Below are positions 1-5,607 of a DNA stretch of 5,607 nt, in pieces; the stretch's first letter is position 1, and every line of letters begins with the position of its first letter. Made by a program: the position numbers and the translations under genes. The notes beneath the pieces were generated by a model. It did not search any database, was not told where the DNA came from, and saw nothing but the letters and a program-made list of their open reading frames with translations. The stretch lies in the IMG/VR virus record IMGVR_UViG_2706794683_000008, one strand, 5' to 3'. This DNA is from a virus (taxonomy: Duplodnaviria > Heunggongvirae > Uroviricota > Caudoviricetes).

Positions 1-410
1 GGCTGGGACGGAAGTCGCTGTCGTTCTCAAAATCGGTGGAGCTGCATGACAAAGTCATCGGGCATTATCTGAACATAAAACACTATCAATAAGTTGGAGT
101 CATTACCCGATATCCTGCTGAGAACATAAACACCCACGGATCGAGGCGTACGCTATCATGTTGCTGTGCACCGCCCAGTTTATAATTGGCGATGGTATCG
201 ATATCCATGTACCACACTGACATGTTTTAAAAAATGCAATAAGACATTGTATCTGAAAGAAAAAACAGGATTTTGAGGCGCTTTTTTATACCGTTTTCCG
301 TGTTTTTAACTGCCTGATTTTATTGAAATCTTTTTTAGTTTTGCAGAAAGGATTTTTTGCTCGATCGCTTTAATTTTATACATTCCTGATAACGGAAATT
401 TTTTTGCCCG

Positions 411-440
411 TTGACAGTTTTTGTTCTCCGGGGCTATATT
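411..440 (+). promoter_or_regulatory. Candidate sigma70-type promoter upstream of the Rha gene
   Basis: TTGACA at 411..416, 18-bp spacer, TATATT at 435..440; preceded by an AT-rich T-tract region (224..410). Sequence pattern only. Confidence 0.35.
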
Positions 441-446
441 CCTCAC

Positions 447-466
447 ACAACCGCAAAATCGGTTGT
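447..466. promoter_or_regulatory. Perfect 7-bp inverted repeat with 6-bp spacer; candidate operator or 5' hairpin at the predicted transcription start
   Basis: ACAACCG (447..453), spacer caaaat, CGGTTGT (460..466); lies just downstream of the candidate -10. Confidence 0.3.
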
Positions 467-682
467 CGGGATTGGCGTCTCGGATAACATCACAACGCAT
501 AGCCGCGTTTGCGGTTTTTTTTGCGTTAAGCATTGCCACATTCGCATTATGGTGGGGCGTGCAGGGGCGGAGAAATCCGCGCCGGGTTTTGTGATGACCG
601 GTTACGCCAACCCTGTACGTCTCACCACCTCCCTGATTGGCGTCAGAGGTGGTGATCATCCAATTAATTGGAGTCATCACAT

Positions 683-1156
683 ATGAATACAGCTATAACT
701 TTTTCTAACGAGTCACCAAAAGTCTTTTTCAAAGATGGTCGCCTGGTTACCACCTCTCAAGCTGTTGCCGACTACTTCGATAAACAACATAAACACGTTT
801 TAGCTAAGATTGACACACTCGACTGCTCTCCCGAATTTACATCAGCCAACTTTTCGGCCGATGTTCAGACTGTCGAAATTGGCAACGGCGCAGAACGTGA
901 ATCACGATGCTACCTGATCACAAAANNNNNNNNNNNNNNNNNNNNNNNNNNNNNNNNNNNNNNNNNNNNNNNNNNNNNNNNNNNNNNNNNNNNNNNNNNN
1001 NNNNNNNNNNNNNNNNNNNNNNNNNNNNNNNNNNNNNNNNNNNNNNNNNNNNNNNNNNNNNNNNNNNNNNNNNNNNNNNNNNNNNNNNNNNNNNNNTTTA
1101 TCTGGAGCAACATGGGTGGATCGTTGCCCGTAAAGAACAATTGGTGGAAAGGTTGA
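683..1156 (+). CDS. Rha-family phage regulatory protein; middle masked by N-run, C-terminus uncertain
   Basis: ATG at 683 with GGAG at 670..673. N-terminal 81 aa (MNTAITFSNESPKVFFKDGRLVTTSQAVADYFDKQHKHVLAKI...FTSANF...RCYLITK) matches the Rha domain pattern as I recall it. Reading frame runs through the 171-nt N-run (57 codons) to a TGA at 1154..1156; an alternative post-gap frame ends at 1165..1167. Confidence 0.6.
   Translation: MNTAITFSNESPKVFFKDGRLVTTSQAVADYFDKQHKHVLAKIDTLDCSPEFTSANFSADVQTVEIGNGAERESRCYLITKXXXXXXXXXXXXXXXXXXXXXXXXXXXXXXXXXXXXXXXXXXXXXXXXXXXXXXXXXFIWSNMGGSLPVKNNWWKG
926..1096. other. N-run (171 nt): masked or unsequenced, inside the Rha gene
   Basis: Run of n characters; length is a multiple of 3. 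Confidence 0.95.
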
Positions 1157-1293
1157 TGCGGTTTTAATGAATGCAAAACCCCGGATGATCACCGAGGTTA
1201 ATTTTATCGAGCGTGATTGCCGCTAATCGCCATCGCTCTGATTGAGCGTAAATCATTCAGGTTATTCAGTTCTTCCTTCTGCTCTCGCTGACG

Positions 1294-1440
1294 TCAATAA
1301 ATCCCATCATTGCGATCAACCTCATCCTTAACCATTGATGCGAGCAGTTCTTCCAGTTTCTGCGCTGACAGCTTTACCTGGTGATCTTCAGCATCTTCCC
1401 GGGCTATTGTGGTTCGCGCAGTGGCTGATTTTGCTGACAT
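1294..1440 (-). CDS. Hypothetical small protein (48 aa), weak call
   Basis: ATG at 1440..1438 to TGA at 1296..1294; hydrophilic, helix-like translation MSAKSATARTTIAREDAEDHQVKLSAQKLEELLASMVKDEVDRNDGIY. No clear Shine-Dalgarno; could also be a fragment of a degraded gene. Confidence 0.2.
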   Translation of the reverse strand: MSAKSATARTTIAREDAEDHQVKLSAQKLEELLASMVKDEVDRNDGIY

Positions 1441-1528
1441 CACCACAGGGGGCAGACGGACCATTGAACCATGGCCTCCGGAACAAATAAGGGCAAAAAT
1501 AACAACCACTATCGAAAGCTCACAAACT

Positions 1529-1672
1529 AACCGCAGCACGTTCCTGCATACGACGTGTCTGCGGCATAATCCCAATGATTACTCCCTGACAGGATTTGCA
1601 GGCCACTCAATATCAGGTGCAGTTGATGTATCAACACGATTCAACAATACCCGATATTTATTCCATGCCTCC
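1529..1672. repeat. Direct repeat copy A (~143 bp): tfa 3' end plus downstream hairpin
   Basis: Aligns by eye with 2799..2941 at roughly 85-90% identity; includes an imperfect hairpin at 1531..1564. Confidence 0.8.
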
Positions 1673-1812
1673 AGCAACGATCTTTCTTCCTCCGTTGCGA
1701 TTTCCAGATCTACAGCATCCTGCAGTGGCGCAATATACTCACTAAATTCCTGGATGTAGAACTGTGTGGTGACGGTCTTCCAGCCATTCGGCTCCTGCTG
1801 TATCGAAGCATA
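1579..1812 (-). pseudogene. Orphan 3' fragment of a tail fibre assembly (Tfa-family) gene, 77 codons plus stop
   Basis: Minus-strand translation ...[40 protein letters not shown] parallels the C-termini of the two intact tfa genes in this window (e.g. ...[35 protein letters not shown]). Bounded upstream by an in-frame stop at 1813..1815; no 5' part present. Confidence 0.6.
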
Positions 1813-1916
1813 CTAGGCTATTTCAATATCGCTATGCTGCGGCAGCATTTAACCCCTTGTAATTCATCGCCATAATTGATTTAATTCACAAATAAAACTA
1901 TAACATGGTGAAATCA

Positions 1917-2793
1917 ATGAAAACAAACACAGATGATGGGGCTAAAATTTACACACCACTTACCCTAAAGCTTTATGACTGGTGGGTTTTGGGAGTATCA
2001 AATCGGCTTGCATGGGGATGTCCTACAAAGGAACACCTTCTTCCACACTTTCTGGAACATTTAGGTAACAACCATCTGGATATTGGTGTTGGAACTGGGT
2101 TTTACCTTACTCACGTACCTGAGAGTAGTCTGATATCTTTAATGGATTTGAACGAAGCTAGCCTGAACGCGGCATCTACAAGGGCTGGGGAATCAAAAAT
2201 TAAACATAAAATTAGCCATGATGTTTTTGAACCTTATCCCGCGGCGTTACATGGTCAATTTGATTCCATTTCCATGTTTTACCTTCTTCACTGCCTGCCT
2301 GGAAATATATCTACAAAAAGCTGTGTAATACGCAATGCGGCGCAGGCCTTAACTGANNNNNNNNNNNNNNNNNNNNNNNNNNNNNNNNNNNNNNNNNNNN
2401 NNNNNNNNNNNNNNNNNNNNNNNNNNNNNNNNNNNNNNNNNNNNNNNNNNNNNNNNNNNNNNNNNNNNNNNNNNNNNNNNNNNNNNNNNNNNNNNNNNNN
2501 NNNNNNNNNNNNNNNNNNNNNNNNNNNNNNNNNNNNNNNNNNNNNNNNNNNNNNNNNNNNNNNNNNNNNNNNNNNNNGATGGAACTCTATACGGAGCCAC
2601 AATTCTTGGCGATGGAGTTGTGCACAATAGCTTCGGTCAAAAACTGATGCGCATTTACAATCAGAAAGGCATCTTTTCAAACACAAAAGATTCCGAAGAA
2701 GGCTTAACACATATACTCTCAGAGCATTTCGAGAATGTTAAAACCAGGGTTCAAGGTACTGTAGTAATGTTTTCCGCTTCAGGGAAAAAATAG
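1917..2793 (+). CDS. Class I SAM-dependent methyltransferase (Rossmann fold), interrupted by an N-run; substrate unknown
   Basis: ATG at 1917 with GGTGA 5 nt upstream (alternative ATG at 1905 lacks one). Motif I LDIGVGTG, acidic post-I residue (LMDLNE), motif II-like FDSISMFYLLHCLP, motif III-like DGTLYGATILG immediately after the gap. TAG stop at 2791..2793. It may be the e14 ymfD-type methyltransferase, but I cannot verify that from memory. Frame before the gap (codons from 1917) differs from the frame after it (codons from 2578). Confidence 0.7.
2357..2577. other. N-run (221 nt): masked or unsequenced, inside the methyltransferase gene
   Basis: Run of n characters; length is not a multiple of 3 and the coding frame differs on the two sides. 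Confidence 0.95.
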
Positions 2794-2800
2794 CATCCAA

Positions 2801-2833
2801 CCGCAGCACGTTCTTGCTTAAGACGTGCTGCGG
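2801..2833. terminator. Hairpin (11-bp perfect stem, 11-nt loop) between the convergent methyltransferase and tfa-fragment stops; possible terminator
   Basis: CCGCAGCACGT (2801..2811) pairs with ACGTGCTGCGG (2823..2833). No U-run directly after it on the plus strand; on the minus strand a T-run follows about 9 nt later. Imperfect copy at 1531..1564. Confidence 0.35.
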
Positions 2834-2847
2834 CATAATCCCAATGA

Positions 2848-2931
2848 TTACTCCCTGACAGGGTTCGTAGGCCACTCAATATCAGGTGCAGTTGATGTAT
2901 CAACACGGTTCAGCAACACCCGATACTTTTT
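2848..2931 (-). pseudogene. Orphan 3' fragment of a Tfa-family gene (27 codons plus stop), fused in frame to the invertase remnant
   Basis: Minus-strand translation [27 protein letters not shown]; TAG at 2932..2934 sits where copy A has a Trp codon (EAWNKYR versus EA*KKYR). Confidence 0.55.
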
Positions 2932-2940
2932 CTAGGCTTC

Positions 2941-3174
2941 CACCACCAGCACGACAAGATGCCGCATACAGTGCCCCAGTCAGTCCAGTTTTCAGACAAC
3001 CAGTGCGTCACCTTTTTGAAGGCGCTTTAAAGCACGTTTTAATCCAGGTCGGCCTGTCCTTGTTCCGCTTAATTTATCTTCAAATATTTGTTCATATCCT
3101 GCACAAACAAGAGCGTTTCGTTGCAGGTCTGTATTCTGGTCATTTGTTGATACCCTTACATAGCCAATCAGCAC
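2941..3174 (-). pseudogene. pin: Serine DNA invertase (Pin/Gin/Hin/Cin family) pseudogene: N-terminal catalytic region only
   Basis: GTG at 3174..3172 with GGGAGA 6 nt upstream. Translation (V)LIGYVRVSTNDQNTDLQRNALVCAGYEQIFEDKLSGTRTGRPGLKRALKRLQKGDALVV has the catalytic-Ser motif. In-frame TGA at 2992..2994 (where Trp is expected) and 2980..2982 (where Arg is expected), then degraded sequence, then fusion to the tfa fragment. The C-terminal DNA-binding domain is absent. Confidence 0.8.
3021..3081. promoter_or_regulatory. Candidate recombinational enhancer (two Fis-like sites) inside the invertase remnant
   Basis: GGCGCTTTAAAGCAC (3021..3035) and GCTTAATTTATCTTC (3067..3081): each 15 bp with G...C ends and AT-rich centre, centres 46 bp apart, 90-150 bp into the invertase coding sequence. 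Placement matches what I recall for Hin/Gin enhancers; the Fis motif is degenerate. Confidence 0.3.
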
Positions 3175-3228
3175 GCTGAATCTCCCGTCCAAAAGCACAA
3201 ATCATGCCATGCAGGCCAGAAACCGCCA

Positions 3229-3254
3229 TTATCTAAAACCTCGGTTTACGAGAA
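3229..3254. other. 26-bp crossover site for a Gin/Pin/Hin-type invertase (gix/pix-like), left boundary of the invertible segment
   Basis: TTATCTAAAACC TC GGTTTACGAGAA; its reverse complement TTCTCGTAAACCGAGGTTTTAGATAA closely matches Mu gix as I recall it (TTCCTGTAAACCGAGGTTTTGGATAA). Lies 55 bp from the invertase start, and the tail-fibre frame opens inside it. Confidence 0.8.
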
Positions 3255-4163
3255 CTCGGCACAAGCGGGGAGAAAATACCGTTACTCAGTACAGCGAATA
3301 CCTGGACTAATCGACAAACATTCAGCGGTGGCCTTTCTGGTGAACTATCCGGCAATGCTTCTACAGCTGCAAAATTAAAAACTGCCAGGAAAATAAGCAA
3401 TGTGGCTTTTGATGGTTCCTCCGATATCACATTAAAAGCAAGTCATGTTGGTGCGTTTGCCTTAGGGAAAACAGGAAGCACCGTTGCGAATGATAAAGCA
3501 GTTGGATGGAACTGGAGTAGCGGAGCCTATAACGCAACTATTAGTGGTGCATCAACGTTAATTATTCATTTTTATATGGGAGAAGGAAGTTGTCCTGCAG
3601 CTCAGTTTCGGATTAATTATAAAAATGGCGGTATTTTTTATCGTTCAGCCCGTGATGGTTATGGTTTTGAAGCCGACTGGTCCGAATTTTACACCACCAG
3701 AAAACCTTCAGCAGGAGATGTTGGTGCACTGCCGTTATCTGGTGGTCAACTGAATGGTGCACTGGGTATCGGAACATCCAGTGCTCTTGGCGGTAATTCG
3801 ATTGTATTGGGTGATAATGACACGGGCTTTAAACAAAAAGGCGATGGTAATCTGGATGTTTATGCTAATAACGTCCATGTTATGCGCTTTGTCTCCGGAA
3901 GCATTCAAAGTAATAAAACCATAAATATTACGGGACGTGTTAATCCCTCGGATTACGGTAACTTTGATTCCCGCTATGTGAGAGATGTCAGACTTGGCAC
4001 ACGAGTTGTTTAGACCATGAAGAAAGGCGTGATGTATGAAAAATCAGGCCATGTAATCACGGGGCTTGGTATTATCGGTGAAGTCGATGGTGATGATCCG
4101 GCAGTATTCAGACCAATACAAAAGTTAATTAACGGAACATGGTATAACGTATCGCAGGTATAA
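3237..4163 (+). pseudogene. Silent, promoterless tail-fibre variable C-terminal cassette with an in-frame amber codon
   Basis: Frame is open from 3237, directly after a TAA inside the crossover site, with no start or ribosome-binding site. Tail-fibre-like translation (...TFSGGLSGELSGNASTAAKLKTARKISNVAFDGSSDITLKA...). TAG at 4011..4013 interrupts a conserved C-terminal region; the same frame continues ...[47 protein letters not shown] to 4163, paralleling the expressed copy (...[18 protein letters not shown]). Confidence 0.7.
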
Positions 4164-4165
4164 TC

Positions 4166-4699
4166 ATGCAGCATTTAAAAAACATTGTCGCAGGTAATCC
4201 AAAAACCGTTGAACAATACCAGCTAACAAAGAATTTTGATGTTATCTGGTTATGGTCCGAAGATGGAAAAAATTGGCATGAGGAATTAAAAAACTTTCAG
4301 GAGGATACAATAAAACTGGCTTACACAGTTGAGGGAATAATTATTGCTATAGACAAGGATGTATCAGCAATTAATCCAGAAGGTTTAAGTGTCGTTGAGT
4401 TGCCTGATATTACAGCAAATCGCCGGGCTGATATTTCGGGCAACTGGATGTTCAAAGATGGTGCGGTGATAAAGCGAACTTATACCGAGGAAGAGCAAAG
4501 GCAACAAGCGGAAAATGAAAAGCAGAGCCTGCTGCAGCTCGTCAGGGATAAAACCCAGCTGTGGGACTCTCAGCTACAGCTGGGCATCATTTCCGATGAG
4601 AATAAACAAAAATTAACCGAGTGGATGCTCTATGCGCAGAAGGTTGAATCCACAGACACCTCCAGCCTGCCAGTAACGTTTCCCGAACAACCAGAATGA
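4166..4699 (+). CDS. tfa: Tail fibre assembly protein (Tfa family), partner of the silent cassette
   Basis: ATG 2 nt after the cassette stop; 177 aa; N-terminus [22 protein letters not shown]... closely parallels the other tfa here; typical Tfa C-terminus. Confidence 0.85.
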   Translation: MQHLKNIVAGNPKTVEQYQLTKNFDVIWLWSEDGKNWHEELKNFQEDTIKLAYTVEGIIIAIDKDVSAINPEGLSVVELPDITANRRADISGNWMFKDGAVIKRTYTEEEQRQQAENEKQSLLQLVRDKTQLWDSQLQLGIISDENKQKLTEWMLYAQKVESTDTSSLPVTFPEQPE

Positions 4700-4702
4700 G
4701 AG

Positions 4703-4730
4703 AAGGCCCGCTATCGGGCCTTAATTTTTA
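4703..4730. terminator. Hairpin terminator between the two convergent tfa genes
   Basis: AAGGCCCG (4703..4710), loop ctat, CGGGCCTT (4715..4722), followed by AATTTTTA on the plus strand; sits between the stops at 4697..4699 and 4728..4730. Confidence 0.5.
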
Positions 4731-5255
4731 TTCAGGCTTTTGTGGCCATTCAGGATTTGCCGTATCCACACGGCTGACCAGAACACTGTAGCGTTCCCAT
4801 GCTTCCAGTCGTGTGCGTTCCTCGTCTGTTGCCATATTCAGCCTGACAGCTCGTTCCAGCGGCTGGATGACTGATTCAGCTTCGGAAAGCAATGCGGCCT
4901 TTTGTGATTCGGCCTGTTGTTGCAGTTCCTGTTCTGTATATTCCCTCTTTACTACTTTACCATCCAGAAACATCCATTTTCCGTTATTGTCTGCGTGACG
5001 ATTTGCCGTAATATCAGGAACTTCAACTATGCTTAGCCCTTCAGGATTAATAGTTGAAACGTCTTTACTGACAGCAACGATGATGTTGTTCTCATCGTAA
5101 GCAATTTTTATGGTGTCTGGCTGAAAATTCTTTTGTTCCTCATACCAGTTTTTGCCATCTTCGCAAAAGAGCCATACCACGCCCGCTTTTTTAGTTAGCT
5201 GGTATTGTTCCGGTGTTTTCGGATTCCCGGCCTTAATATTTTTCAGGTGCATCAT
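4728..5255 (-). CDS. tfa: Tail fibre assembly protein (Tfa family), partner of the expressed tail fibre
   Basis: ATG at 5255..5253, 1 nt after the tail-fibre TAA, with GGGGAG upstream; translation [22 protein letters not shown]...[13 protein letters not shown]. The track ORF beginning at 5291 is an upstream in-frame extension. Confidence 0.85.
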   Translation of the reverse strand: MMHLKNIKAGNPKTPEQYQLTKKAGVVWLFCEDGKNWYEEQKNFQPDTIKIAYDENNIIVAVSKDVSTINPEGLSIVEVPDITANRHADNNGKWMFLDGKVVKREYTEQELQQQAESQKAALLSEAESVIQPLERAVRLNMATDEERTRLEAWERYSVLVSRVDTANPEWPQKPE

Positions 5256-5256
5256 C

Positions 5257-5607
5257 TTAAACACTCCCCACGTTGTACCATATTCCCCCAATCAATTTCT
5301 GAATTGGCCTTCTGGCAACAGTGTCGACAATATCATCCGCATTGCTGTTAATTGCGGCTGTTAAAACATAACCTGACGCATCGCCAAAGCCGTAGTCGCG
5401 CCATACGTTTTTATATTCAATGCTGCCAAGACGAATATCCCGAACGACATGATTATGCAGCCATGTGCTTAACCAGTTGTTTTCCCACACTGAACCATAA
5501 ATATCGCCACTAGACGCAACTTGCGCACCACTTCCCAGCGCAAATTGAGGTAGCCTGAGTTTAACGGACACTCCTTCCTGAAATAGAATGGCATCAGAAG
5601 GAGCTAA
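5257..5607 (-). CDS. Tail fibre protein, C-terminal part (5' end beyond the window); the copy in expression orientation
   Basis: Minus-strand frame is open from the window edge ([12 protein letters not shown]...) to TAA at 5259..5257; C-terminus ...[18 protein letters not shown] parallels the silent cassette. Confidence 0.8.
   Translation of the reverse strand, partial: LAPSDAILFQEGVSVKLRLPQFALGSGAQVASSGDIYGSVWENNWLSTWLHNHVVRDIRLGSIEYKNVWRDYGFGDASGYVLTAAINSNADDIVDTVARRPIQKLIGGIWYNVGSV

Larger units (their letters stand above)
2799..2941. repeat. Direct repeat copy B (~143 bp): tfa 3' end plus downstream hairpin
   Basis: Aligns with 1529..1672; contains a perfect 11-bp stem hairpin. Confidence 0.8.
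1..5607. mobile_element. Prophage region, partial: tail-fibre host-range switch plus adjacent cargo genes, partly degraded
   Basis: Co-occurrence of tail-fibre C-terminal segments, two Tfa-family genes, a Pin/Gin-type invertase remnant with its crossover site, and a Rha-family regulator. Gene content only; no attachment site or integrase seen in the window. Confidence 0.75.

Noticed and set aside
1-240. Gene at the left edge (plus-strand 3' end to about 92, or 45-aa minus ORF 86..223)
   Set aside because: Too short and without a ribosome-binding site or recognisable motif to call; mentioned only as a possibility.
306-686. Track ORFs 306..680 (-) and 411..686 (+)
   Set aside because: Both overlap the Rha leader, use non-ATG or unsupported starts, and give low-complexity translations with no recognisable domain; the region is better read as a regulatory leader.
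902-1192. Track ORFs 902..1192 (-), 910..1176 (-) and 907..1167 (+)
   Set aside because: They consist mostly of the N-run, so their length is an artefact; only the C-terminal tail of 907..1167 is kept as an alternative Rha C-terminus.
1294-1575. Long form of the minus-strand ORF (93 aa, start at 1575)
   Set aside because: Its start is a TTG inside the repeat hairpin, in frame directly after the tfa-fragment stop, and the N-terminal part is implausible; only the 48-aa ATG form is kept, at low confidence.
1409-1759. Track ORF 1409..1759 (+)
   Set aside because: Antisense to the Tfa-like fragment and the small ORF; translation has no protein-like features.
2288-2710. Track ORFs 2288..2710 (-) and 2349..2627 (-)
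   Set aside because: Antisense to the methyltransferase and held open only by the N-run.
1529-2941. CRISPR array or insertion-sequence interpretation of the two repeats
   Set aside because: Only two copies, ~143 bp, diverged and partly coding; no short regular spacers, no terminal inverted repeats, no transposase.
1529-2941. Duplicated host-gene 3' end at a prophage attachment site (as e14 does with icd)
   Set aside because: The repeat translations are Tfa-like (...DIEWP.NPVRE), not a host gene end, and no integrase or att core is evident.
2886-3179. Track ORF 2886..3179 (+)
   Set aside because: Antisense to the invertase remnant, which has a clear family match on the minus strand.
3233-3430. 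Track ORF 3233..3430 (-)
   Set aside because: Antisense to the tail-fibre cassette and crossover site; no start context.
4813-5364. Track ORFs 4813..4998 (+) and 5152..5364 (+)
   Set aside because: Antisense inside the minus-strand tfa and tail-fibre genes; Cys/Ser-rich shadow translations.
1-5607. tRNA, rRNA or other structured RNA genes
   Set aside because: No cloverleaf-like or rRNA-like sequence recognised by eye; the hairpins seen are better explained as terminators or operators.

Overview
This 5.6-kb window looks like the tail-fibre / invertase end of a partly degraded enterobacterial prophage (architecture as in the Mu G, P1 C and e14 P host-range switches, recalled from memory, not searched). 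Right part (about 3229 to the window end): a Gin/Pin/Hin-type invertible tail-fibre segment. It holds the 3' end of the expressed tail-fibre gene entering on the minus strand (5257..5607), its tfa chaperone gene (4728..5255, -), a convergent second tfa (4166..4699, +), and a promoterless silent tail-fibre variable cassette (3237..4163, +) that starts at a 26-bp gix/pix-like crossover site (3229..3254). The adjacent invertase gene (2941..3174, -) is a pseudogene: intact N-terminus with catalytic Ser motif, then two in-frame TGA stops, then fusion in the same frame to an orphan tfa 3' fragment. Left part: a cargo region with a Rha-family regulator gene (683..1156) behind a long leader, a class I SAM-dependent methyltransferase gene (1917..2793), and two diverged direct copies (~143 bp, 1529..1672 and 2799..2941) of a tfa 3' end plus hairpin that bracket the methyltransferase. 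Two N-runs (926..1096, 2357..2577) sit inside the Rha and methyltransferase genes and cannot be interpreted. I see no complete, clearly novel multi-gene system; the best candidates for something undescribed are the cargo block beside the dead invertase and the frozen but cis-intact switch. All family assignments are from reading translations by eye; no database search was possible.
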